A stretch of DNA of 64,000 nucleotides from NCBI GenBank assembly GCA_963737265.1, contig CAVTRY010000022.1:32001-96000 (forward strand), written 5' to 3'. Position 1 is the stretch's first letter, and each line of letters starts with the position of its first letter. The position numbers were made by a program, and so were the translations under genes. The notes beneath the pieces were generated by a model. It ran no database searches, was not told where the DNA came from, and was given only the letters and a program-made list of their open reading frames with translations. Origin of the DNA: an uncultured delta proteobacterium. Its GTDB lineage: Bacteria; Myxococcota_A; Polyangia; Fen-1088. Shown piece by piece: positions 18,389 to 29,532 of the stretch.

Positions 18389-19135
18389 CTACAGCTTGAC
18401 CTGCGCAAGGAACTTTCCGAGCGCGACCACGACTTCGGCGGGAATTTCGTGGCCGCCGTCGAAGGGGACGAAGGTCACGGCAAGGCCGGCGGCGACCAAG
18501 TCGGCGCGCAGAGTGTCGGCCAAATCATAGGGCAGTATGGCATTGCCGCTGCCGTGGGACATGAACACCGGCAACCCCTTTCGGCGGGCCAGCAAGGGGC
18601 GCCAGGCGGCTCGTTCGATCGGCGTGCCGGAAAGAATCAGCAGCGCGGCCAGCGGTTCGTTAGACGTGAACGCCACCTGGCAGGCAACCATCGCGCCTTG
18701 CGAGAATCCGCCCAGCACAAATGGCCGGTCAGCGGAATTTCCCTCGGCAGCCAGTAGGTCGCGCACTAGCTTGGCGGCGCGTTCCAGTCCCTTGGGGTCT
18801 AAGCCGACAAGATCCACGCCGAGCCTGCCCGGTCGACGATGGGCCGCGAGGTCCAGATCCCACCAGGCTCGCCCATGCGGTGCCCCGTTTAGACGCACAA
18901 ATGTCTCTGGCGCATAGGGAAGCAGAAACCGACCCTGCGGCGGAAACGAGATCGAGTGCGTGAAGGGCAGCCATTGCTCGGCCGACGATCCGTAGCCGTG
19001 CAAAAGCACTATGGTCGGCGGCCCCGAGCCACCCGCGCGCAGCGCGGTCAGCCTCGGGTGGCCGAGACGCCAGCCGACCATCAATCCCGCCGCCACCACG
19101 GCAAGCCCCGCTGCCCACGTCCGAATGCTACGCAC
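18389..19135 (-). CDS. Phospholipase/carboxylesterase (alpha/beta hydrolase)
   Basis: LLHGYG, GGFSQG nucleophile elbow, FDGGHEI. Confidence 0.85.
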   Translation of the reverse strand: MRSIRTWAAGLAVVAAGLMVGWRLGHPRLTALRAGGSGPPTIVLLHGYGSSAEQWLPFTHSISFPPQGRFLLPYAPETFVRLNGAPHGRAWWDLDLAAHRRPGRLGVDLVGLDPKGLERAAKLVRDLLAAEGNSADRPFVLGGFSQGAMVACQVAFTSNEPLAALLILSGTPIERAAWRPLLARRKGLPVFMSHGSGNAILPYDLADTLRADLVAAGLAVTFVPFDGGHEIPAEVVVALGKFLAQVKL

Positions 19136-19142
19136 GGCAACC

Positions 19143-20717
19143 CTACGGCATTCTCGGAAATGGCCCGAAGGCGCGGTCGCGGCGTTTGAGGAAGCTGTAG
19201 TACGACGGATTCTTTCCCGGACTCGACGTGGTCGCGCGCACCCATTCGTAGCCTGCTGGCGTCCAGCCGTTGTCGACGGGGCACGCGCCGCCGAGGCAAT
19301 ACCGGTGCGTAATCAAGGTCGGCTTGCGCGACAGCATGTAGTCGTCGCTGCCCCATTTCTGATGGCCGGGGCGATTCGAAACGGTCATGCGCGGATCGTG
19401 CGCGATGGTTGCGTCGACGAGGCCGAAGACGTCGTAAGCGGGAATTTCCGAATAGTAGGGAATCACGCCCGCGCCACCCACCGTCATGAGGTCATCCGAC
19501 TGCCCATATCTCGCCAGCCATTGGCCGGCTGGAATGCGCTCCTCGGCGTATTTCTTCAAGTACGCCGGCGTGTCGATGCCGTTGTCCGCGCCGACGAAGG
19601 TGGTGGCCAGGCGCGTGGTGTGAGCACTTCCAACCACCAATCCCGCGCCGACAACCAACAAGCCAACCGCGGGAGCGAAGACTCCCAGCCTCGGGCGCAG
19701 TTGCTCGTAGAGCCGGCGAGCCGATTCGGCGAGCACCACCGCCCCAAGCGGAACGACCGGCAGGATGAAGCGGTAAAGCCCCATGAAGTCGCCGCCCACT
19801 TTCACGACGTAGGCGGCGAAAGCGAGCCACACCAACCCCGCCAGCAGACGAAGGTCGCGGCGGCGGCCGTCGTCCTTGGCGGCGCGACCGAGCAGGGCAA
19901 GCAGAAGCAGAAAGTGCACGCCGTAGTCTTCGGAAAAGCGCCGCAGATAGAAGATGCCGAGCCTCCAGGTCCCCGAGGCTCCGGAGGATTTTACGTAGAA
20001 GGTGTTGGGCAGCGGCCAGCCATAGTAGTGCCAGCGCCAGGCGAAGTAAGGACCGAACAATCCAACGAAAATCCCCACCCAGGCAAGCTCGTGTCTGCGC
20101 GGCAGCAAACGCTGTTGCCGGCGCAGATTGGTGAGCAAGCGAAACACAGCCGCCAACCCGAAGAACAGAACGCCCTCGGGCCGGGTCATGGCGGCGAAGG
20201 CAAAGGCCACGGCGCTGGCGCAGCCGGTGCCGGCGGTGACTTCGCCGAGCACGAGGCCGAAACCGAGGGTGGTCAGAAATGTGAAGAGCTGGGTTTCGAG
20301 GCCGCCAGTGCACCAACAGGCGAAGGCGCCCATGCATGCGAGCAACAAGGGCGCCACGAGGTTCCAGCGCGACGGCCGCTCGCCCGCGAGACGCAGCGAA
20401 ATACGAATCACCACCGCCAGCGTCGCCACGCCGAATGCCACGCCGAAAAAGCGCGACAAGACCACCGGACCCACGCCTAACTTGATGCCGAGGGCGAGAA
20501 GGACGGTCCAAAGAAAGTTAGTATAGCCTTCCACGCGCTCGCCCAAGTTGAAGACCAACTGACCGGAGAGGGCGAGATTGCGTGCGTAGCGGAAGGAGAT
20601 GTAGGCGTCGTCGGTGACGAAGTCGAACCGGCGCGCGTGCAGCAGGAGCATCGGCGCGGCGACAATCAGCGCGTAGTAGCGTCGCAGAAATGTTTTCATT
20701 GCGGAGCCCGCGCTCAT
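19143..20717 (-). CDS. Polytopic membrane GT-C-type glycosyltransferase
   Basis: TDDAYISFRYARN, ERVEGYTNFLW, GLET, TRPEG motifs; many TM segments. Confidence 0.8.
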   Translation of the reverse strand: MSAGSAMKTFLRRYYALIVAAPMLLLHARRFDFVTDDAYISFRYARNLALSGQLVFNLGERVEGYTNFLWTVLLALGIKLGVGPVVLSRFFGVAFGVATLAVVIRISLRLAGERPSRWNLVAPLLLACMGAFACWCTGGLETQLFTFLTTLGFGLVLGEVTAGTGCASAVAFAFAAMTRPEGVLFFGLAAVFRLLTNLRRQQRLLPRRHELAWVGIFVGLFGPYFAWRWHYYGWPLPNTFYVKSSGASGTWRLGIFYLRRFSEDYGVHFLLLLALLGRAAKDDGRRRDLRLLAGLVWLAFAAYVVKVGGDFMGLYRFILPVVPLGAVVLAESARRLYEQLRPRLGVFAPAVGLLVVGAGLVVGSAHTTRLATTFVGADNGIDTPAYLKKYAEERIPAGQWLARYGQSDDLMTVGGAGVIPYYSEIPAYDVFGLVDATIAHDPRMTVSNRPGHQKWGSDDYMLSRKPTLITHRYCLGGACPVDNGWTPAGYEWVRATTSSPGKNPSYYSFLKRRDRAFGPFPRMP

Positions 20718-20741
20718 GCCGCCCAGGCCGGATTTCCCGAC

Positions 20742-21095
20742 TCAGCCAAAGGTGCCGCCGTCGAATCCCCACAGGGCGCCGTCGGCGTTGGTGAATTCTA
20801 TGTAGATGCGGTTCCCCGGTATGGCCAACGCCTTGGCAATCGCGCCGCACAGGATCTGGGACAGGTGCTCGATCTTTTCGGCCGGCAGCTGGCCGACGTT
20901 CTTCAGCTCGGCGTAGCAGGCAGGATCGGTGCTGCCGGCAAACATCATGGTTGCGCGCGGCGCCAGGCTGACCATCACGTAGCGCTCGGGCTTGCCGAGC
21001 TCGCGCGCCAGCAGCGTCGAGAACGACTTGAGAATCGGCGCCAGCGCGGGCTCGTCGGGCGGCGGCGCAGAAGAAAATAGATGGAGAAGCGGCAT
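20742..21095 (-). CDS. MIF/phenylpyruvate tautomerase family protein
   Basis: N-terminal catalytic Pro (MPLL), LGKPERYVMV, RIYIEF, WGFDGGTF. Confidence 0.9.
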   Translation of the reverse strand: MPLLHLFSSAPPPDEPALAPILKSFSTLLARELGKPERYVMVSLAPRATMMFAGSTDPACYAELKNVGQLPAEKIEHLSQILCGAIAKALAIPGNRIYIEFTNADGALWGFDGGTFG

Positions 21096-21107
21096 GGGGA
21101 CAATCTA

Positions 21108-22148
<1,041 letters not shown>

Positions 22149-22194
22149 TATCGATCGGAATTATAGACGCAATCGTGGTCGAGGCGTGGGCGCG

Positions 22195-22536
22195 CTATTT
22201 CTCCAGCGCGGCCAAGGCTTCTTCCAGATGACTTTGCGTGTGGGCGTCGCTCCGGCGGGTGCAAGCCTCGATTCCCTTGCGGTAAATCGCACGCGCCTCA
22301 TCGATCCGGTCGAGCCCGACCAAGACCTCTCCCGCTGGGGCATAGGAGGCGATGTAATCTGGATGATCGGTCAGGACTGACTCGAACGCCGCCCACGCCT
22401 GGTCGGCGTCGCCCCGGCTTTTCAATTCCATGGCAAGCGCGTAGCGCGGGAAGGGATCCTGCGGTCGCTTCTCGGCGAAGGAGCGCAGGATTTCGAGACG
22501 CGGATTGGGAGGCGCGCTACTCAGGACACCACCCAC
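22195..22536 (-). CDS. Small TPR protein
   Basis: [31 protein letters not shown]. Confidence 0.8.
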   Translation of the reverse strand: MGGVLSSAPPNPRLEILRSFAEKRPQDPFPRYALAMELKSRGDADQAWAAFESVLTDHPDYIASYAPAGEVLVGLDRIDEARAIYRKGIEACTRRSDAHTQSHLEEALAALEK

Positions 22537-22925
22537 GGGCGGCCCGGACCGGGAATTTCGCTGTTGGGAGCCGCCGCGACAGGGCGGTTGCTCCCGTCGA
22601 CGCGCACCACGGTCGGTTTCCAGTTCCTCGCCTCGGCCTCATCGACCCCTTCGGCGAAGGTCGCGAGAATCACCACATCGCCGGGCTGGGCATGGCGCGC
22701 CGCCGCGCCGTTGACGCAAATCACGCCCGAATCGGACTCTCCCGCGATGGCGTAGGTTTCGATGCGGCTGCCGTTGGTCGCATTCCAGATGGCGACCTTC
22801 TCGTAGGGAAGAATATCCGCGGCACGCATGAGAGTTTCGTCGATGGTGACCGAGCCTTCGTAGCTCAGGTCGGCGTGCGTGACCGTGGCGCGGTGGATTT
22901 TCGATTTGAACATTGTGCGTTTCAT
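22521..22925 (-). CDS. panD: Aspartate 1-decarboxylase
   Basis: [18 protein letters not shown] self-cleavage site, [14 protein letters not shown]. Confidence 0.97.
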   Translation of the reverse strand: MKRTMFKSKIHRATVTHADLSYEGSVTIDETLMRAADILPYEKVAIWNATNGSRIETYAIAGESDSGVICVNGAAARHAQPGDVVILATFAEGVDEAEARNWKPTVVRVDGSNRPVAAAPNSEIPGPGRPWVVS

Positions 22926-23137
22926 TTGAACTCTCCGTCCCGGCCGGTGATCCGGTCCAGGCAGTATGTCCAGGCTAATCCTGTCTGAAAGCGTCGCGCT
23001 GTCAATCCCGTCTTTCGCCCAGCGCTGAGCGCAATGTCAACCGATTCCTTGCGGCGGATTCGCGTTGACCCCTTAGCTGGCGTGGCTCAAGGTGAACGGA
23101 AGGAGAAGCTCGCAACCAGCTGCAACGTGCACCGACT

Positions 23138-23959
23138 ATGGACAAGCCCTTCACGCGATTCATCGGTGTCGATCTGGGAGGCGGCAAGGGGAAAAAGACT
23201 GCCCTGGCCGTGCTTGAGCGCGTCCGTAACGGTGTCGCGGTGGCGCTTCTCTCGCCCAAGACCGGAGAAGCGCCGCTTTACGATGAGGCGCTGGTCGCGG
23301 CGCTGCTCGAGCGGGCCGAGGGCGCGCTGGTTTGCGTGGATGCCCCACTGACACTGCCGCCGTGCATCCGCTGCACGGAGCCGGTTTGTCCAGGCCAAGT
23401 GGCCTGCGTGGACACGGAAGTCGTAGCGATGCGAGCGCTGGCAAACAGCGATGCCGTGGGTGGGCGCGAGCACCGGCGCGGCAAGCCCGCCGTTACGCCC
23501 TACACCCAGCGAGCAGCCGATCTCTACTTGCGCAGACGCGGTGTCGGCTCGCGTGAAACCCTCGGTCAAGGCATGGGGCCATTGACGGCGCGCGCGGCTC
23601 ACCTCGTGCGTGCCCTCGCCGGGCAATTTCACCTGAACCACAACCTCATCGAGGTTTTCCCGCGCGCAACGCTCGAACTGCTCGGCTTTCGTGAACCGTA
23701 CAAGAAACGCATCGACCGCCGTATCGATATTCTCGCCGAGTTGCGCGACCTGAGCTTCGCACCCGGCGTCTGGCGCGAGGAGTGCCGGCACAGCGATCAC
23801 GTCTTCGACGCCGTCCTATGCGCCTACACTGGCTACCTACGCAGCCGCGATGGCTGGCAAACCACCATTCCCGTGGGCACTGCGCCCGAACGTCAGGGTT
23901 GGATCTGGGTCCCGCCCGAGGCGGACGGGACCGTCGCTGAGGTTGCTGCGCCGAAGTGA
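23138..23959 (+). CDS. DUF429 family (RNase H-like) protein
   Basis: FIGVDL, VCVDAPL, LIEVFPRA, FDAVLCAY. Confidence 0.8.
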   Translation: MDKPFTRFIGVDLGGGKGKKTALAVLERVRNGVAVALLSPKTGEAPLYDEALVAALLERAEGALVCVDAPLTLPPCIRCTEPVCPGQVACVDTEVVAMRALANSDAVGGREHRRGKPAVTPYTQRAADLYLRRRGVGSRETLGQGMGPLTARAAHLVRALAGQFHLNHNLIEVFPRATLELLGFREPYKKRIDRRIDILAELRDLSFAPGVWREECRHSDHVFDAVLCAYTGYLRSRDGWQTTIPVGTAPERQGWIWVPPEADGTVAEVAAPK

Positions 23960-23961
23960 AG

Positions 23962-24705
23962 CTAGCTGGCGACGGCGCCTTCTTCGCGCAAATCTTCGTC
24001 CTTCTCGTCGTCATCGTGCTGTTGAGGAAGCTCCTCGGACGTCCTGTCCGGGGCGGTCGATTCCGCGGACGTCCCGCCAGCCAGGCCGCCGAGCAGGGAA
24101 GTTGCCCCGCGTTCACGAATGAATTTGAGGAACACGATGACAGTGGGCATCTCCGCGGCAGGGATCTCCTCGATGAGCTCACGCGCCTGACGACGCAGAA
24201 TTTCACCGGGCGAGTCTCCCGCGGGCAGCGCATGCGCTACCTCGGCCGACTCGGGGGCCGCTGTGACCCGACCCCACGGCGGTGGCACCGCCACCTCGAT
24301 CGCCAGGTGATCGAGCCAGGTCTGGATGTGCAGGTGCAAGAGCTCGGATCGGTAGGCGAACCAACGCTCGCGTTCAGCCGGGAATGCCAGCAGAACATCC
24401 TTGAACCTGCGGAAAGCCCCCTTGCCGTCGATGGCGACAAGCAAGCGTTCGCGCAGCGGTTGGTCTTGAACCGCGCTCACGAAGCGTTCCATCCAGCGAT
24501 ACTGCTCCCGTGAGGACGCAGGATCGATGCGAAGGTATCGCTCAGGATTTTTGGCTACTCGAGCGCGGCGGGCCGGGGCGTCTGGTTCCCCCTCCCCTAT
24601 CGCAAGCAAATCCCCGTTCTCTAAGTCCAGGAAACTCTCTTGCTCAGGTGAGTTGCGCTCGAAAGCAATTTCTAGGTCGCTCCAATTGATAGTGATCGGC
24701 GCCAT
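23962..24705 (-). CDS. UPF0158 family protein
   Basis: FLDLENG, YRWMERF, AIDGKGAFRRFKDVL, ERERWF. Confidence 0.85.
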   Translation of the reverse strand: MAPITINWSDLEIAFERNSPEQESFLDLENGDLLAIGEGEPDAPARRARVAKNPERYLRIDPASSREQYRWMERFVSAVQDQPLRERLLVAIDGKGAFRRFKDVLLAFPAERERWFAYRSELLHLHIQTWLDHLAIEVAVPPPWGRVTAAPESAEVAHALPAGDSPGEILRRQARELIEEIPAAEMPTVIVFLKFIRERGATSLLGGLAGGTSAESTAPDRTSEELPQQHDDDEKDEDLREEGAVAS

Positions 24706-24815
24706 GGTTACAACTCCTCCGGCGCGTCCCCTCCCACAAGGAGCGTCGAAAAGATTAAGCGGACTTCCTCTACACTAGGATTCACAAGCGCACTTTGCAA
24801 TGCCGTAACAACCAA

Positions 24816-24830
24816 GCAACGCAAATGCCA
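24816..24830 (-). promoter_or_regulatory. Putative sigma54 promoter upstream of the UPF0158 gene
   Basis: Minus strand TGGCAT-TTGCG-TTGC. Confidence 0.55.
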
Positions 24831-24926
24831 TCGGGGTGCGTCGAAAGGCGGCCGCCCCGCTGGACGCTTGACTTTGGTGGCTTCCGACCTAATATCAGCC
24901 GTCCGCACTCTGTCCTGGAGGTCCGA

Positions 24927-25205
24927 TTGGCTCGCGTAACCGTCGAAGATTGTTTGGAGAAAGTTCCTAACCGATTCGCCCTGGTGATTCTCGGCGCCGA
25001 TCGCGCGCGCCAGCTTTCGGGCGGAGCCACGCCTCTTATCAAGTGCGACAACAAGCCCGGCGTGACCGCACTGCGCGAGATTGCGGATGGCACGGTTCGT
25101 TTCAACGAGTCGATAGAAGGCACGATCAGGCAGTACATCGCCGAGAAGCGGGCACGCGGCGCTCGCCCCGAGCGCGAACGAACCCTGTCGAGAAGGAACG
25201 AATAG
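24927..25205 (+). CDS. rpoZ: RNA polymerase omega subunit
   Basis: (M)[20 protein letters not shown]...[14 protein letters not shown]; TTG start after a GGAGG RBS. Confidence 0.95.
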   Translation: MARVTVEDCLEKVPNRFALVILGADRARQLSGGATPLIKCDNKPGVTALREIADGTVRFNESIEGTIRQYIAEKRARGARPERERTLSRRNE

Positions 25206-25374
25206 TCGCGCCGAGTGGTCTGGTCATTCGAGAATCCGACTGCGCCCGCGCAAGCTGCGGCGCTGTGAAAGATCGCCTTCCGGGAGATCGACGATGTCCC
25301 GGACCACAATGCGACCGCCTTGAACGCGACCGTGCAGCAGCGAGTTTCCGCATCTTCTCTCCATCGAACTTCTC

Positions 25375-26190
25375 TCAGTTGATGCGCTTCCACCCGGGCT
25401 TGAAGCCAGCGCTCTTTACCGGTGGCGGGTCGTCGGCGATGATGTAGTCGGCGCGGCGGTTGCGGGGCTCGTCGGTCTGATCGGGCGTCTGCACGCGCAG
25501 CGCGGTTTCGCCGAACCCTTCGTATGCGATGGGGATGCGCACGCCGCGCTGGCGGAACCAGCGCGCCAGCGATTGCGCGCGCACCTGCGACAGCTTGAGG
25601 TTGTAACCGGCGTTTCCCACGGTGTCGGTGTGCCCAGCGACGTACAAGGTGAGGTTCTTGTGCTCGCGCGCCTTGTCCTTCGCCAGCACCTCTTGCACCT
25701 TGGTGAACGCCTCGTCGAGCTTGGGGATCTCGGTGGCATCGATGTCGGACGAGTCGGTGCGGAAATTGACATCCTCGTGCGGGATCGGGACGTACCACGA
25801 CGAGTACTCTTGGTCGATGTAGTGTTCGTCTCGATCGGACATCCTGAGCTGGATGGAGCCTACCGACTGGTCGCGCGCCTGCTCCCAACTGACGACGAGC
25901 GGCGCGCCGGCGGGCTTGCCGGTGAAGTCGTCCACGCGATCGACGATGACACTGCCGTCCTCGCTGGTGACGGTCAGCAGGACCTTGCCCGGCGGTCGCG
26001 ACATGCGAATCACCAACCGGTGTTCGTCGAGGGCGTGCGACTTATCGACCTCGACCTTCAACGCACGTACGTTGGTCTGGTTAGCTGTGGTCGACTTTTT
26101 GGCAACCGCAGGGGCCGTGGCAAGAAACCCGCAGACAGCAACACAGGGGACGGTCCAACGTGCTCGCATGATGACTCCAGAGCGGGACAT
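25375..26190 (-). CDS. OmpA-family peptidoglycan-binding protein
   Basis: Signal peptide; VNFRTDSS, AGHTDTVG, NLKLSQVRA, GFGE, NRRAD. Confidence 0.9.
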   Translation of the reverse strand: MSRSGVIMRARWTVPCVAVCGFLATAPAVAKKSTTANQTNVRALKVEVDKSHALDEHRLVIRMSRPPGKVLLTVTSEDGSVIVDRVDDFTGKPAGAPLVVSWEQARDQSVGSIQLRMSDRDEHYIDQEYSSWYVPIPHEDVNFRTDSSDIDATEIPKLDEAFTKVQEVLAKDKAREHKNLTLYVAGHTDTVGNAGYNLKLSQVRAQSLARWFRQRGVRIPIAYEGFGETALRVQTPDQTDEPRNRRADYIIADDPPPVKSAGFKPGWKRIN

Positions 26191-26302
26191 CCTGAAGTTT
26201 CAGGTCTGCGAATGCAACAGCCCCACCGAGAAAATACGAGCGACGTTCGGCTATCGGCTACGGCTCGCTTGAACTCAAGAGTCTATCAGGAAGCGGCGTG
26301 GC

Positions 26303-29300
26303 CTACCGCGGCAGAGTGCCTCGGCCAATGAGCCCACCGAGATCGGAGAAGGATCGGGCGATGGGAGGCGTCCTGGCTTCTTCTGGGACCAAGGCCACGC
26401 CGAGATCCGCGCGTAGATCGAGATAGTCCGAGGACGTTCCCCAGCGCACCAGATCCAGGATGGCCTCCTCGGGCCGCCGCCGGAACGCCCTCGCCTCCCT
26501 GACGATTTCACGCGCGCTGGCCACGATGTCGCCGCAGGCGAGCAGTCCTGCGCGATTCGCGACTTCGTCCGACACCGCTGACCAGGCGGCCAGATCGAGG
26601 CTGGCAGCGCCATCAAAGACCGGACCCACGGCCGCTGCAACCAGCGCCACTTGGGACTGCGGTAGGACCCTCTGCAGGAACGACAAGTATTGCCGAACGG
26701 CCACCGGATCCACGTTGGGCAAGTCGAACTTCGGCTGCACCAGCCTGATGGCCGCGGCGAAAACGACGCGCAGCTCGCCCAGCGTGGGCACGAGTTGCGG
26801 CCAGAGCAGGAAGTGATCGGCGCGCAAGCCTACTATTTTTTTCGTGAGAAGGAAGGCAAGCTCCTGCTGCGTGCGGCCGGCAACCAGGTCGCGGCCCAGA
26901 ACAAACGCCGGCACAGGCCGGGCATCATTCAGCAGCACCAACAGATCGATCTCGCCCGGCGCGCCCGGCGGCGCGTAGATCGCGGGCAGGGGGACCCCGA
27001 TAAGCCGGCTGACGTAGACGAGTAGGCGCGACACGAACGATGCATCCGTGTTGGGGTCGATGGCGTGATGAAGGTCGATGCCGTAGCTTGCGGCTTCCTT
27101 GGCTCGTGCCGTGATGACACCGGGAGCCACCGCCGCCATCACCTGCGATATGAGACGATTCTCGCGCGACGGACAAATGCGTCCCTGCCACAGCTTTTCG
27201 CTGAGGTAGGTCCGGGCCACGGGGATCTCGGCCGAAGCGCCGCGTTCGTAGTAGGCGCGTTCGTGGGTATTGGCCTTGGTCAAGGCACACAGCCCGGCAC
27301 AGGCGCAGAACGCCCGGTCGTGCTGGCCGTACTTGCTATACAAGAGTGCCAGCGCGCGGATCTGCCTCACCGCCGCATCGACGTTTCCGGCTGCCGCCAG
27401 CAAATGCTCGCGCGCCGCAACGGCCTGGCTGAAACCTTCCTGGCCCTGCGCCTCGCACGCCTCGGCCAGGGCTTCGCGCAGGCGAGGATCGTCTGGGGCC
27501 AGCGACACACAAACCTCGTAGGCCGCGACCGCGGCTTGACTATCGAGCAAGTGCTCTCGGCAGGTATCCGCCAGCGCCCGCCAAACCGCGAGCAGCCACA
27601 CACGGCTTTCGGACGAGGGGCTGGCACCCAAGCGCTTGATCATGCGGCGATAGGCACGGGCGAGCTCGCGCCAATCTTGCCGTTCGATGAGCAGGTGTTC
27701 GATGCGCCCGAAGGTGCGATGATCGGCGGGATCCTCGTCGAGAGCCTGATCGTAGAGCGCGACCGCTTCGTCGGGGGCATCGAGCTCGCGGTGCAGAATG
27801 CTGGCCAGGGCTGACAGGTAGCAGGCCTTGTCCCGCCCGACGGTCAAATGCACGAGCCGTTCCAGCACGTCGACCGCGCGCGACCAGTGGCGATTGGCGG
27901 TGTGGATCTCCACCAGCTCGTGCAGCACGATGATGTCGTCGGGTCGCAATTGCGCCGCCTGCAAGAAGGTTCCCAAGGCCGCCGGTTGATCGTTCAGCTC
28001 TTCGCGCTGCAGGCGACCGATCTTGCAGATGATGTCGAAGCGTTCGTCGTTCGACTGCGTGCCGTGAAGCAGGGTTCGGTACTGCTCCACCAGCACCGCG
28101 GCGTTGGCCGGTCCTCGGCCTTCCATCTTGTCCGTGGCTTCGATCAGCGCTGCGCGAGCCCCGGGCAGATCCGGCGCAAAATGCAACGCCTCGGTGAAAG
28201 CGGCGGTGCCGGCTGCGCTGTCGCGCAAAGCCATGTGCGCGCGTCCGAGCCGCATCAGGTGCGTGGCACGCTCGGCCGGAGTCATCCGGTCACCCGCCTG
28301 CGCCAGCACACGCGGCACGGTCGTCAGCACGTCCTGCCACCAGCCCTGCTCGCCCGCGAGTTGCGACCAAGTCTGGAGCGTGGGCAAATGGGTCGGCAAG
28401 ACGCCGAAGGCCCGGCGGTAGCCGCTGCGCGCCCGCTCCATCTCGCCCGTCATTTGCGCCGACCACGCGGCCTTCTGCCACAGGCTCGCCGTCTCCTCCA
28501 TGGCCAGCTTCGCCGACCCGGCCATATCTTCCAAAAGCGACGTCGCGGCGGACCAGTCCTTGCGCTGCCAGGCCGCATCGGCCAACGCCGCAACTGCCTT
28601 GGGATGCCCGGGCGACATCTCGAGAACACGCGTGTACTGCTCAACGGCGCCTTCCATGTCGTGCAGCTGGTCGCGATAGATCTCGGCGGCATCGAGGGCG
28701 AATTCTACGCTGTCGAACGGATCGACGGCATTGCCCGCGGCGCAGGTCAGGTAGGCCGCGGCCCGATGCCAATCGCCGCGCTGGCCGTGAAGCAGCACGA
28801 GCGAGCGCAACGCCGTGTAGTTGGTGGGATCGGCGGACATGGCCGCCTCGAGCGACTTCTCCGCCGCCACCGGATCGCCCAAGTCGCGCTCGTACCAACA
28901 AGCCATGGTGACCAGCAGATCGGCGCGCAGGGGCTGGGAAGCCACCTCGCCGACAAGAATCTCGCATCTGGCCAATAGCTCCTGCCAACGGTCGTGGACC
29001 GTGGCCAGGCGGGCCAGCTCCCGGGCTACCTCGTCGCTCGATGGGAGCTCCTTGAGCGCCGCCAGCAGCGCGACGAAGGCCCGATCGGCGTCGCCTAGCT
29101 TGGTCTCGAAGACCTGCGCCGCGCGCACGAGATGGCGTGCGCCCGCCGCGGCATCCCGGTTGGACCCGGCGCGCTCGACGAGCAACAGCGCCAGATCCTC
29201 CCAGCGCTCCTCGCGGACACAATCGCGCTCAAGCTCGCGAAAGGTGTCGACCGGCGGCGTGGCCGCGCTGTCGCCCATCGGATCGGCGTCCATGATGGGA

Positions 29301-29422
29301 AAGGGATACGCAAACGCGTGCGAGCCATTTTCATCGTCCGAGAAATCCAGCAGGACGTCGACTCCGTCGTCCTTCAGGCTCGTCTCGTCGATCCCCATGC
29401 GACCTGTGCTCATGATTCCCAC
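26303..29422 (-). CDS. Large myxobacterial TPR protein
   Basis: Serial helical repeats of the type AEIYRDQLHDMEGAVEQYTRVL; C-terminal ANRAGLLACGD domain seen in myxobacterial TPR proteins. Confidence 0.8.
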   Translation of the reverse strand: MGIMSTGRMGIDETSLKDDGVDVLLDFSDDENGSHAFAYPFPIMDADPMGDSAATPPVDTFRELERDCVREERWEDLALLLVERAGSNRDAAAGARHLVRAAQVFETKLGDADRAFVALLAALKELPSSDEVARELARLATVHDRWQELLARCEILVGEVASQPLRADLLVTMACWYERDLGDPVAAEKSLEAAMSADPTNYTALRSLVLLHGQRGDWHRAAAYLTCAAGNAVDPFDSVEFALDAAEIYRDQLHDMEGAVEQYTRVLEMSPGHPKAVAALADAAWQRKDWSAATSLLEDMAGSAKLAMEETASLWQKAAWSAQMTGEMERARSGYRRAFGVLPTHLPTLQTWSQLAGEQGWWQDVLTTVPRVLAQAGDRMTPAERATHLMRLGRAHMALRDSAAGTAAFTEALHFAPDLPGARAALIEATDKMEGRGPANAAVLVEQYRTLLHGTQSNDERFDIICKIGRLQREELNDQPAALGTFLQAAQLRPDDIIVLHELVEIHTANRHWSRAVDVLERLVHLTVGRDKACYLSALASILHRELDAPDEAVALYDQALDEDPADHRTFGRIEHLLIERQDWRELARAYRRMIKRLGASPSSESRVWLLAVWRALADTCREHLLDSQAAVAAYEVCVSLAPDDPRLREALAEACEAQGQEGFSQAVAAREHLLAAAGNVDAAVRQIRALALLYSKYGQHDRAFCACAGLCALTKANTHERAYYERGASAEIPVARTYLSEKLWQGRICPSRENRLISQVMAAVAPGVITARAKEAASYGIDLHHAIDPNTDASFVSRLLVYVSRLIGVPLPAIYAPPGAPGEIDLLVLLNDARPVPAFVLGRDLVAGRTQQELAFLLTKKIVGLRADHFLLWPQLVPTLGELRVVFAAAIRLVQPKFDLPNVDPVAVRQYLSFLQRVLPQSQVALVAAAVGPVFDGAASLDLAAWSAVSDEVANRAGLLACGDIVASAREIVREARAFRRRPEEAILDLVRWGTSSDYLDLRADLGVALVPEEARTPPIARSFSDLGGLIGRGTLPR

Positions 29423-29532
29423 TGCGGCACTCTGTCTTAATCCTCCATGGTCCCTCGATCAAGGCGGATGAATTGGATGAATGATTGCAGCAGACTCCTA
29501 CGGCCTCTTGCGTCAAACCGGCTCCATCAACA